A stretch of DNA of 64,000 bases from Flavobacteriaceae bacterium. Lineage in GTDB: Bacteria > Bacteroidota > Bacteroidia > Flavobacteriales > Flavobacteriaceae. A program made the translations under genes and the position numbers. The notes beneath the pieces were generated by a model. That model did no database searches. It saw only the letters and a program-made list of their open reading frames with translations, and had not been told where the DNA came from. The stretch is from positions 21,178-85,177 of the forward strand of contig JAYPEX010000009.1 in NCBI GenBank assembly GCA_038125995.1, given 5' to 3'. Of this stretch, positions 1-8,205 are shown in pieces; position 1 is the stretch's first letter; each line of letters opens with the position of its first letter.

Positions 1-1
1 A

Positions 2-292
2 ATTGTATTAGAGCGAAAAGGTTTGATGCCTATGCCTATAGATCTTTTAGTAGTTTATAAAGACGGTTCTTCTGAAACATTTTATGCGCCACTTCGAATG
101 ATGTATGGCCAAAAAGAAAATCCCTATCCAACCATTGATAGAACTGTTTTAAAATCATGGCCGTGGGCATACCCAACTTATGAGATTACGATTGACAAAC
201 CCATGAATAGTATCCAAGGAATACAAATTGACCCTTCTGGATTAATGGCTGATATCGATTTAGAAAACAACAGCTACCAAGGGGAAGAATAA
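2..292 (+). CDS. C-terminal fragment of a protein whose start lies upstream of the window (function not assignable)
   Basis: The frame is open from base 2 with no stop. It ends at TAA 290-292, overlapping the rnpA ATG (TAATG). The visible ~96 aa contain no diagnostic motif. Confidence 0.55.
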   Translation: MVLERKGLMPMPIDLLVVYKDGSSETFYAPLRMMYGQKENPYPTIDRTVLKSWPWAYPTYEITIDKPMNSIQGIQIDPSGLMADIDLENNSYQGEE

Positions 293-648
293 TGAGTATC
301 TCTATCGCAAATACCTCAAGATTAAAGAGTAAGAAAAAAATTGGACTGCTCTTTGAAAAAGGAAAGCACCTTAGCGTTGGTCCCTTGCACTTGAGGTATT
401 TGGAGGTCGATCGTAATGAAGATTCTTTGTTTGGATTTTCTGTTCCAAAGAAAAATCACGCCTTAGCGGTACATCGAAATAGAATCAAAAGACTCATGCG
501 TGAAAGCCTGAGAATTCAAAATGACACTTCTCTAGAAAAGGGAATGCTTTTCATGTTTATCTATTTGGGAAAAACCGTTCCTGAATATGAGGAACTGTGT
601 GAATTAATGAACAACATTTTAAAAAAACTATCAAATGAAACAGCCTAA
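292..648 (+). CDS. rnpA: ribonuclease P protein component
   Basis: Small basic protein of 118 aa with the RnpA-type motif AVHRNRIKRLMRESLR. Confidence 0.85.
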   Translation: MSISIANTSRLKSKKKIGLLFEKGKHLSVGPLHLRYLEVDRNEDSLFGFSVPKKNHALAVHRNRIKRLMRESLRIQNDTSLEKGMLFMFIYLGKTVPEYEELCELMNNILKKLSNETA

Positions 649-1720
649 CTACCTGCTTAGCATCGCAACGCTGTTCACAATTCTATCTTGTCAAAATACT
701 CCACAGATTCACAGGGAACAATCATGGCAATTAGGTCCCTTTGAAAAGCTCGATAAGGTTAATCCTATTTTAAAACCCAGCACTGATCTTTCTTTTGTGG
801 ATCCCATTCGAGAAGAAACGGTGTTTTTTGAAGAAAAAAACGTATTGAATCCAACCGCTGTTGTTAAAGACGGCAAGGTACATCTTTTGTACAGAGCTCA
901 AGATTCAATGATGACTTCTCGAATTGCATTAGCAATATCAACCGATGGGGTACATTTTGAAAAACAGACCGCTCCTGTATTCTATCCAGATGAAGATTAT
1001 TTAAAGTCTTACGAATGGCCAGGAGGAGTAGAAGATCCAAGAATTGTACTTTCAGAAGATGGTCGTTATATTTTGACTTATACCTCTTACGATGGAACAA
1101 CTGCTCGACTCTTTGTGGCGACCTCTGAAGACCTCTATAGTTGGCAAAAACACGGCCCTATTTTTAAAGATGATAAATACATCGATATGTGGTCAAAGTC
1201 AGGAGCTATAGTAGCCGAGCAAAAGGGTTCTAATTTTCTGGCAAAAAAAATAAACGGACGTTACTGGATGTATTTTGGTGATACTGATTTATTTGTGGCA
1301 AGCTCTCAAGACCTTATCACTTGGTCGGTTCTTGAAAACGCTGAGAACCAAGAAATGATTTCTGTTTTACATCCAAGGCCTGGTTATTTTGATTCCCGCC
1401 TGGTAGAGCCTGGTCCTTTTGCGCTGTATACTAAAGAAGGTATTAAACTGATATACAATGCCTCTAACGCCAAAAACAACAACGATCCAAACTTGCCAGA
1501 CTTTACTTATGCTGCTGGTCAGGCTTTATTTGACAGCAACACTCCCTATAAGCTCATCGATCGTTCTGAGTCTTATTTTATAAAACCCGATAAAGATTAC
1601 GAACGCGTTGGGGAGGTAAATGAGGTGTGTTTTGTAGAGGGATTGGTTTATTTTAACAATCGCTGGATGCTCTATTATGGAACTGCAGACTCAAAGGTGG
1701 CTGTTGCCCAGACGAATTAG
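635..1720 (+). CDS. glycoside hydrolase family 130-like protein (lipoprotein signal)
   Basis: 361 aa. The N-terminus has a lipobox-like signal (LFTILSC). GH130-like blocks are present: NPTAVV, LLYRAQD, GGVEDPRIV, YTSYDG and YYGTADS. Confidence 0.7.
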   Translation: MKQPNYLLSIATLFTILSCQNTPQIHREQSWQLGPFEKLDKVNPILKPSTDLSFVDPIREETVFFEEKNVLNPTAVVKDGKVHLLYRAQDSMMTSRIALAISTDGVHFEKQTAPVFYPDEDYLKSYEWPGGVEDPRIVLSEDGRYILTYTSYDGTTARLFVATSEDLYSWQKHGPIFKDDKYIDMWSKSGAIVAEQKGSNFLAKKINGRYWMYFGDTDLFVASSQDLITWSVLENAENQEMISVLHPRPGYFDSRLVEPGPFALYTKEGIKLIYNASNAKNNNDPNLPDFTYAAGQALFDSNTPYKLIDRSESYFIKPDKDYERVGEVNEVCFVEGLVYFNNRWMLYYGTADSKVAVAQTN

Positions 1721-2157
1721 TCCATAATCATTTTGCGGTGTGGGATGCCGTCTTCTAAGTAGGTGGGTCCTATCGGATTAAATCCTAGGTTTTTATAAAA
1801 CTCCAATAAATATTCTTGAGCAGATATCTCGATACTGCTGGTGTTAAAAGTTTCTTTTAGTGCTTTAATAGTAGCGTTCATCAGCTCGTAACCTAATTGA
1901 GAGCCTCTATGAGATTGTTTCACTACGACCCTTCCGATAGAAGCTTTATCAAAATAGTCGCCTGCTTTAAAAAATCGAGTATAGGCAACTAAATGGTTAC
2001 TGTCGTATCCTAAAACGTGATAGGCCTTTTGGTCTTTATTATCAACATCTTGATAAGGACAATCTTGTTCTACTACAAAAACCTCCGCTCTTAATCGAAG
2101 CGCTTCATAAAGCGCTTCTTTGGTGAGCTCGCTATACGATTTAATTAAAAAATCCAT
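1717..2157 (-). CDS. GNAT family N-acetyltransferase (ElaA-like)
   Basis: 146 aa. The pattern LRAEVFVVEQDCPYQDVD...HVLGY...RVVV...RGSQLG is typical of ElaA/GNAT proteins. Confidence 0.75.
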   Translation of the reverse strand: MDFLIKSYSELTKEALYEALRLRAEVFVVEQDCPYQDVDNKDQKAYHVLGYDSNHLVAYTRFFKAGDYFDKASIGRVVVKQSHRGSQLGYELMNATIKALKETFNTSSIEISAQEYLLEFYKNLGFNPIGPTYLEDGIPHRKMIMD

Positions 2158-3053
2158 CAGTCTTGAACGATTAGAGGTTTCTCTTCTTGGTATCCGTGCT
2201 CAGGTTGAAGTGTCACGTGATTGATCTTGTATTTTTCTAAGAGCATCTGTTCCACTTCTTTGAGTATATTTCCAAAATCAATCAAAGTAATGTCTTTGTC
2301 AAAATCAATATGCGCCTCTAAATGAACTTCGTCTTCATTGAGTTGCCATACGTGAACGTGATGAACATTGTTGACTAGTTCAATGGTTTTAATTTCTTTT
2401 TCTAAGGCGACTAAATCGATGTCTTTTGGAGTAAATAACATTAAAATACGTGTAGAATCTAAAAGCAGACCATAACTAATGACGATTAAATACAGAGCAA
2501 TGCTAAAGGTAAGTAAGGCGTCGATCCAATACCAATCAAAATAATACATCAATATTCCTCCAAAAAGCACAGCAACAGAAGCTAACATATCGGTTAACAA
2601 ATGAAGGTATGCTGATTTCATATTCATATTGACATGAGCATCCCTTTTGATTAAAAAAACAGAAAAACCATTTACAGCAATCCCTAAGATAGCAAACCAA
2701 ACCACTAAACCTCCGTTAATCGGTTGAGGATTAATGAAACGCTCGACCGCTTCAATAACTAACATCACTCCTACAATGATTAAGGTGGAAGCGTTGACAA
2801 AGGCGGCGATGATTTCCGCTCGTTTATATCCAAAAGTTTTGTCTTTACTAGCATCATTTTTACCTAAGAGCAATGCCACATAGCTGACTGTTAGAGAAAT
2901 AACATCAGAGAAGTTGTGTAAAGCATCTGATAATAGCGCTAAAGAACCTGATAAAATACCACCCACCACTTGAGCTGCTGTAATGATCACATTTAAAAAA
3001 ATAGACCATTTTAAAGAAGCTTCTCTTCTATTGTGATGGTGGTGATGTCCCAT
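2157..3053 (-). CDS. cation diffusion facilitator (CDF) family metal efflux transporter
   Basis: 298 aa with six predicted TM segments. CDF metal-site motifs are present (LLSDALHNFSD, HLLTDMLAS). It has a His-rich N-terminus and a C-terminal cytoplasmic domain (HHVHVWQL). Confidence 0.88.
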   Translation of the reverse strand: MGHHHHHNRREASLKWSIFLNVIITAAQVVGGILSGSLALLSDALHNFSDVISLTVSYVALLLGKNDASKDKTFGYKRAEIIAAFVNASTLIIVGVMLVIEAVERFINPQPINGGLVVWFAILGIAVNGFSVFLIKRDAHVNMNMKSAYLHLLTDMLASVAVLFGGILMYYFDWYWIDALLTFSIALYLIVISYGLLLDSTRILMLFTPKDIDLVALEKEIKTIELVNNVHHVHVWQLNEDEVHLEAHIDFDKDITLIDFGNILKEVEQMLLEKYKINHVTLQPEHGYQEEKPLIVQD

Positions 3054-3485
3054 TTATGCGCAAGGAATTTTATCAATTCTATTTTGGTGTCTTCCTCCTT
3101 CAAATTCAGTATCTAAAAAAGTTTCAACCATTGCAATCGCTTGCGGTATTGAAATATATCGAGCAGGTAAGCTTAAAATATTTGCGTTGTTGTGTTGTTT
3201 CGCTAAGGCCACGATTTCTTTATTCCAACAAAGAGCAGCTCTAATTTCTTGATGTTTGTTTGCGGTCATTGCCGCTCCGTTTCCAGATCCACAAATAATA
3301 ATTCCTAAATCAGAATCTCCAGTCGCTACAGATTCTGCAACAGGGTGAATAAAGTCTGGATAATCTACAGAGTCCTCTGAATTGGTTCCATAGTTGATAA
3401 CTTCAATATTTCTCTCTTTTAAAAGGTTTACGATTGCCTCCTTATATAAAGGACCAGCGTGATCATTTCCAATAGCGATTTTCAT
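3054..3485 (-). CDS. rpiB: ribose-5-phosphate isomerase B
   Basis: 143 aa. Motifs MKIAIGNDHAG and ICGSGNGAAMTANK match the RpiB/LacAB family. Confidence 0.9.
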   Translation of the reverse strand: MKIAIGNDHAGPLYKEAIVNLLKERNIEVINYGTNSEDSVDYPDFIHPVAESVATGDSDLGIIICGSGNGAAMTANKHQEIRAALCWNKEIVALAKQHNNANILSLPARYISIPQAIAMVETFLDTEFEGGRHQNRIDKIPCA

Positions 3486-4043
3486 AAGTAGCTTTTTATG
3501 GTATAAATTTACAACTATTCACTAATATGTCCTTATAAACATACTTATTAATAAGTATAGTTTAATAACCACAAAGCCAATCGATTAACAATTAACCACT
3601 TTGTTGATAAAAAGACTTAAAATTTAAGGGTTAAAAATTTGTCTATTTAAAATCAATTCTCTTATATAATTATTCTTAAATAAATGGGTATTTTCTTTTT
3701 AGAGTTTATTGACTTTTTATCAGAACTAAAGCTGTAATTATTAACACTTATATTATAAAAATTTATTAAATTTTAGTTGTCAACACGGCTTATGAACAGC
3801 ATTTAATAAGTAAATCAACTAATTGATTTAATGTGTTTTAATTAAATGAAAACTTGTTGAAAAACTAAAAAATATATTGATATTCAAAAAGACTCTCGTT
3901 TATTATCAACCTTATTAACACACTATTATAATCATAAAAAATGCATTTAAATAAAAAATAAAATAATAATTGTACTTAAAAGTGTTTATAACATTTTAGT
4001 CCTTTCGTTGTTTGAAAACTTATAGGATGTAGTTTTGTAACTA
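3486..4043. other. candidate chromosomal replication origin (oriC): AT-rich gap with clustered DnaA-box-like 9-mers
   Basis: This is the largest non-coding gap in the window and lies between divergent rpiB(-) and rnr(+). Nine 9-mers lie within <=2 mismatches of TTATCCACA: 3565-3573, 3592-3600, 3602-3610(rev, TTATCAACA), 3738-3746, 3777-3785, 3855-3863(rev), 3903-3911, 3912-3920 and 3983-3991(rev). A nearly pure A/T tract spans 3936-3972. Confidence 0.4.
4030..4037 (+). promoter_or_regulatory. Bacteroidetes-type -7 promoter element (TAGTTTTG) upstream of rnr
   Basis: Exact match to TAnnTTTG, ending 6 nt before the rnr ATG. Confidence 0.4.
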
Positions 4044-6239
4044 ATGGGAAAGAAAAAGAAAAATAAAAAGAATTCGAGTCAGAAGAATGGGATTACAAAA
4101 TTAGTGATGCAATTTTTAGATGACGCTCCCAATAAATCCTTTACTTACAGACAAATAGCTCATAAACTCAATCTTAAGGATGAGATTTTAAAGAGACAAA
4201 TGGTTGCTGCAGTGCAGTTTTTAATTAAAAAAAATGCAGTTAAACAAGTACGTAAGGGTCAATATCAAGCAATACCTAGTTTTCAGAAATACGAAAAAGG
4301 AGTTTTCGATATTACTTCTAGAGGAAATGCTTATGTACGTATTGAAGGAAGAGATGAAGATGTTTTTATTGCTGGAAGAAATACCAATAAAGCTTTTAAT
4401 AAAGACATTGTTAATGTCTATATATATCCTCAACGAAAAGGAAGTAAAGTTGAAGGAGAAGTTGTCAGTGTTGTTGAGCGCTTTAAAACAAGATTCGTAG
4501 GTAGGGTTGATTTACAAGATAAATTTGCTTTTGTTGTACCTTCTGATCCAAAACTACACAAGGATTTCTACGTTCCTCTATCCGATTTAAATTCGGCTCA
4601 TGACGGAGATAAGGTTCTTATTGAGTTTACACATTGGTCTGATAAAACAGATTCTCCTTCTGCAAAGGTGATCGAAGTTTTAGGAAAACCAGGAGAACAT
4701 CAAACAGAAATACATTCGATATTAGCATCTTATGGATTACCACATGAATTTCCAAAAGAAGTATTGGATTACGCTGATCAAATAGACACGTCCATTACAG
4801 CAGATGAAATTGCGAAGCGAAGAGATATGCGATCGGACCTCACCTTTACCATTGATCCAAAAGATGCTAAAGATTTTGATGATGCGCTGTCGTTTACTGC
4901 TTTAGAAAATGGAGATTACGAAATTGGAATCCATATTGCAGATGTATCACATTACCTAAAATTTGATACAGTCTTAAACGATGAAGCTTTTTCAAGAGCT
5001 ACCTCTGTTTATTTAGTAGATCGAGTCGTTCCGATGCTTCCAGAGATTCTCTCCAATCAAGCCTGTTCACTTCGACCCCATGAAGAAAAGTACACCTTTT
5101 CAATTGTATTTATCATCGATAAAAATGTGCAGATTAAAAACCAGTGGATCGGAAGAACCGTTATCGATTCAAACGAGCGCTTTTCTTATGAAGAAGCTCA
5201 ACATATTATCGAAACAAAGTCCAATGAAATACCAGAACATATTTCGATTCGATCCTCTTCTTATAAAGTAGATAATTCTTTTGTTGATGCGATTATTACA
5301 TTAGACCAACTCGCTAAAAAACTCAGAAAAAAGAGAATGAGTTCTGGGGCTATTTCATTTGATAAAATAGAGGTTAAATTTAATTTAAATCAAGAAAATC
5401 AACCGACTTCGGTCTTTTTCAAAGAGTCAAAAGACGCTAATAAACTCATTGAAGAATTCATGTTACTTGCTAATAAAAAAGTAGCTGAATTTATTGGTAA
5501 ACAAGACCCGCCAAAAACCTTTGTATACCGTGTTCACGACGAACCTAATATCGATAAACTAACCGCTTTAAACAAAGTTGTTGCTCGTTACGGTCACAGT
5601 CTAAATTTAAAAGACCTCCTCAGTTTAAGCAAATCAATCAATCAATTACTCAAAGATGTCGTTGGAAAAAAAGAACAGAATTTAGTAGATACACTTGCCA
5701 TACGTTCCATGTCAAAGGCGGAATATACTACTGAAAACATTGGTCATTACGGATTAGCTTTTGAATACTATACCCATTTTACTTCACCGATTCGACGCTA
5801 TCCAGATGTAATGGTTCACCGCTTATTAGAGTTTTATTTAAACGGTGCTAAGTCTAGAAAGCAAAAAGTAATAGAAGAAGCTTGTAAACACTGTTCTAAA
5901 ATGGAAGCAGTGGCTACTTCTGCAGAACGCGAATCGATCAAGTACATGCAGATTAAATATATGGAATCTTTAGATCAAGATGAGTTTTTAGGTGTTATTT
6001 CTGGTGTGACTGAATGGGGTATGTATGTAGAAATCATCGAAAATAAATGTGAGGGAATGGTTCGTATTAAAGATATTCCAGGTGATTTATACACTTTTGA
6101 TCCACTGCACTATACAATGATTGGTGTGAATACTAAAAAAACCTATCAACTTGGAGATGAGGTTACTGTAAGTATTAAGCAAACCAATCTTGAGAAAAGA
6201 CAAATGGATTTTAATCTTATCCAAGAGTCAGATAGTTAA
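4044..6239 (+). CDS. rnr: ribonuclease R
   Basis: 731 aa with a Lys-rich N-terminus. RNB catalytic blocks are present (DPKDAKDFDDA, VYLVDRVVPMLP, HYGLAFEYYTHFTSPIRRYPD). A C-terminal S1 domain is present. Confidence 0.93.
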   Translation: MGKKKKNKKNSSQKNGITKLVMQFLDDAPNKSFTYRQIAHKLNLKDEILKRQMVAAVQFLIKKNAVKQVRKGQYQAIPSFQKYEKGVFDITSRGNAYVRIEGRDEDVFIAGRNTNKAFNKDIVNVYIYPQRKGSKVEGEVVSVVERFKTRFVGRVDLQDKFAFVVPSDPKLHKDFYVPLSDLNSAHDGDKVLIEFTHWSDKTDSPSAKVIEVLGKPGEHQTEIHSILASYGLPHEFPKEVLDYADQIDTSITADEIAKRRDMRSDLTFTIDPKDAKDFDDALSFTALENGDYEIGIHIADVSHYLKFDTVLNDEAFSRATSVYLVDRVVPMLPEILSNQACSLRPHEEKYTFSIVFIIDKNVQIKNQWIGRTVIDSNERFSYEEAQHIIETKSNEIPEHISIRSSSYKVDNSFVDAIITLDQLAKKLRKKRMSSGAISFDKIEVKFNLNQENQPTSVFFKESKDANKLIEEFMLLANKKVAEFIGKQDPPKTFVYRVHDEPNIDKLTALNKVVARYGHSLNLKDLLSLSKSINQLLKDVVGKKEQNLVDTLAIRSMSKAEYTTENIGHYGLAFEYYTHFTSPIRRYPDVMVHRLLEFYLNGAKSRKQKVIEEACKHCSKMEAVATSAERESIKYMQIKYMESLDQDEFLGVISGVTEWGMYVEIIENKCEGMVRIKDIPGDLYTFDPLHYTMIGVNTKKTYQLGDEVTVSIKQTNLEKRQMDFNLIQESDS

Positions 6240-6273
6240 AGATTTGTAACTTAGTTTTATCTTTAAGACACCC

Positions 6274-6957
6274 ATGAGTTTACAATTAAAACTAACATAC
6301 CGTCTATTTGTTCTATTTATTCTAAGTAGTTTAACTGGAGCTGCTCAAGATTTAGGTGATTTTAATCAGATTAAAACCTATGATGGTTTAGCTGTTGAAT
6401 TAATTGCTTCTGATAAAAACGTAGTCGAATTCAGCGGTCAAGAAAAAGACAATATCCAAATAGAAAACAAAAAAGGAACCCTCATTATTCGTATGAAAAT
6501 TTCTAAATTATTTTCTGGATATAAAACCTTTGTAAAACTCTATTACAAAGATCCACTTTCAATAATTCAAGCTAATGATGAAAGTTTTATTTCTATAAAA
6601 GAAACCATAGTACAAGATCAACTTTTATTAGAAGCTTATGAAAGTGCTTTAATAGAAGCAAATTTAAAACTCGATCAATTATTAGTAAAAGCTTTTTTTA
6701 ACGGAGAAGTAAAGCTAACAGGTAGTAGTAAGCTACAAGATATTAACATTAATACAGGAGGAACTTATTCAGGAGAAAATCTCAAATCTTCTTTTACTAC
6801 TATTGTTGTAAACGCAGGAGGGAACGCTTCTGTTAACGCAACAGATTATGTCAATGCTAATGTAAAAGCAGGAGGCACGGTCTTAATTTATGGCAATCCA
6901 AAAAAAGTTGACGAAAAAAAACTCTTTGGAGGATTTATTAAAAGAATGGACAACTGA
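6274..6957 (+). CDS. secreted beta-rich protein, head GIN domain (DUF2807)-like
   Basis: 227 aa with a signal peptide. Repeated beta-strand modules with G-rich turns (NAGGNASVNA, KAGGTVLIYG) resemble putative auto-transporter adhesin head GIN domains. Confidence 0.55.
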   Translation: MSLQLKLTYRLFVLFILSSLTGAAQDLGDFNQIKTYDGLAVELIASDKNVVEFSGQEKDNIQIENKKGTLIIRMKISKLFSGYKTFVKLYYKDPLSIIQANDESFISIKETIVQDQLLLEAYESALIEANLKLDQLLVKAFFNGEVKLTGSSKLQDININTGGTYSGENLKSSFTTIVVNAGGNASVNATDYVNANVKAGGTVLIYGNPKKVDEKKLFGGFIKRMDN

Positions 6958-7697
6958 TGTTTGAAGATATACAAGCAGCAATTCCCATTGGCATCCTATT
7001 GAGTTTTATGATAGGTCCTGTTTTTTTTGTCCTTATTGAAACCTCTGTAATTAGAGGAGTTCGTTGTGCTTTGCTCTTTGATTTAGGAGTTGTTTTAGCA
7101 GACATTGTCTTTATATCTTTAGCTTATTTTTCATCCTACCAACTTCTAAATCAACTCACTAATTTACCTGCTGTTTTTATTTTTGGAGGAGTCATTTTAT
7201 CAGTATACGGTATCGTTATTTATTTAAAGAAAGTTCGATTAAAGGATTTTAGACCTAAATCTTTAAACGATGATTATATTCACTTAATTATTAAAGGATT
7301 TCTATTAAATTTTGTCAATATAGGAGTCTTAATTTTTTGGTTGGGCTTGTTGGTTATTACGGGACCTAGTTTAGATAATGATCCTAAAAGAATAGGATTA
7401 TTCTTTGGAACGATCTTAATCACTTATTTTATTATTGATATTTTTAAAGTAGTTCTTGCCAAGCAACTCAAATCTAAACTCACCTTTCGAAGAATCTTTG
7501 TGTTGAAGAAAACCACAGGAATCATCTTATTTGTATGTGGTTTGTTTTTAATTGTCAAAGGGTTTTTACCAAAAGAACAATTAAATATAGAAAAGGGAAT
7601 TGAACTAATAGAACAAAAAAACCCGTCAATCGACGGGTTTTTTGAGGCATCGAGCAGATTCGAACTGCTGTACAAGCTTTTGCAGAGCTCTGCCTAG
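6957..7697 (+). CDS. LysE family amino-acid exporter; the ORF has an unusual 3' extension through a terminator and into tRNA-Cys
   Basis: 246 aa ORF. About 200 aa form a multi-TM LysE/RhtB-like core ending near ...LFLIVKGF. The last ~40 codons cross the hairpin at 7615-7643 and overlap the tRNA on the opposite strand. Confidence 0.65.
   Translation: MFEDIQAAIPIGILLSFMIGPVFFVLIETSVIRGVRCALLFDLGVVLADIVFISLAYFSSYQLLNQLTNLPAVFIFGGVILSVYGIVIYLKKVRLKDFRPKSLNDDYIHLIIKGFLLNFVNIGVLIFWLGLLVITGPSLDNDPKRIGLFFGTILITYFIIDIFKVVLAKQLKSKLTFRRIFVLKKTTGIILFVCGLFLIVKGFLPKEQLNIEKGIELIEQKNPSIDGFFEASSRFELLYKLLQSSA
7615..7643. terminator. bidirectional intrinsic terminator (A7-stem-loop-T6)
   Basis: Sequence aaaaaaa-CCCGTC-aatc-GACGGG-tttttt. 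It lies 2 nt beyond the 3' end of tRNA-Cys (minus strand) and at the expected end of the LysE gene (plus strand). Confidence 0.75.
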
Positions 7698-7715
7698 CCA
7701 CTCGGCCACGATGCC
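7645..7715 (-). tRNA. tRNA-Cys (anticodon GCA)
   Basis: The reverse complement folds by hand into a cloverleaf. Acceptor stem GGCATCG/CGATGCC; anticodon stem GAGCT/AGCTT with loop CTGCAAA; T-arm AGCAG-TTCGAAT-CTGCT. CCA is not encoded. Confidence 0.9.
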
Positions 7716-7727
7716 ATTTACAGGCTG

Positions 7728-7735
7728 CAAAGTTA
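7728..7735 (-). promoter_or_regulatory. -7 promoter element (TAACTTTG) for tRNA-Cys
   Basis: TAnnTTTG on the minus strand, ending 12 nt upstream of the mature tRNA 5' end. Confidence 0.5.
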
Positions 7736-7762
7736 ATAGTTTTTTTAAATTCCCAACAAAAT

Positions 7763-8119
7763 TTAACGGCTTTTAGTAAGAATGACAGAAACCGCCTGAA
7801 CGTCTCCTCCTATTGGAGGATTCAATTTTTCTACTTCCACACTGATTTTAGCTACTAAGGGGTGCTCATTTAAAACGCGATCCACGATTCTTTTTCCAAC
7901 AACTTCTAAGAGCTTGGAAGGAATCGCCATTTCTTCTTTTACAATAGCATTGAGATCGACATAGTCAACAGTATCGGTGAGATCATCTGAAATAGATGCT
8001 TTTGATAAGTCTGCTTCAACACTTAGTTGTACCAAATAATTGCTTCCAATGGCGGTCTCTTCTTTTAAGCATCCGTGATAAGCGTATACTCTAATATTTT
8101 TTAAATCAATTCTTCCCAT
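7763..8119 (-). CDS. folB: dihydroneopterin aldolase
   Basis: Taken from the internal Met, giving 118 aa. The sequence MGRIDLKNIRVYAYHGCLKEE...DYV...VEKLNPP is typical of FolB. The longer ORF to 8191 overlaps the glnS promoter region. Confidence 0.82.
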   Translation of the reverse strand: MGRIDLKNIRVYAYHGCLKEETAIGSNYLVQLSVEADLSKASISDDLTDTVDYVDLNAIVKEEMAIPSKLLEVVGKRIVDRVLNEHPLVAKISVEVEKLNPPIGGDVQAVSVILTKSR

Positions 8120-8179
8120 ACTGTAAAAGTACAATTTTCGATAGGAGTATTTTAATGAAATTTTCTCCTTTTGAATCCC

Positions 8180-8187
8180 TATCTTTG
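8180..8187 (+). promoter_or_regulatory. -7 promoter element (TATCTTTG) upstream of glnS
   Basis: Exact TAnnTTTG 18 nt before the ATG at 8206. This supports the internal start. Confidence 0.45.
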
Positions 8188-8205
8188 CCACTCAAATATA
8201 AGAAT

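Noticed and set aside
3036-3053. N-terminal MGHHHHH of the CDF transporter looked like an engineered His-tag or cloning artefact
   Set aside because: No vector-like sequence, linker or protease site is present, and the gene sits in normal chromosomal context. His-rich termini are a common natural metal-binding feature of CDF transporters.
3684-3737. 17-codon hydrophobic mini-ORF (MGIFFLEFIDFLSELKL) inside the AT-rich gap, considered as a leader peptide or small protein
   Set aside because: Such an ORF is expected by chance in a 558-bp region, and it has no supporting promoter or conservation information. The region is better explained as origin or regulatory DNA.
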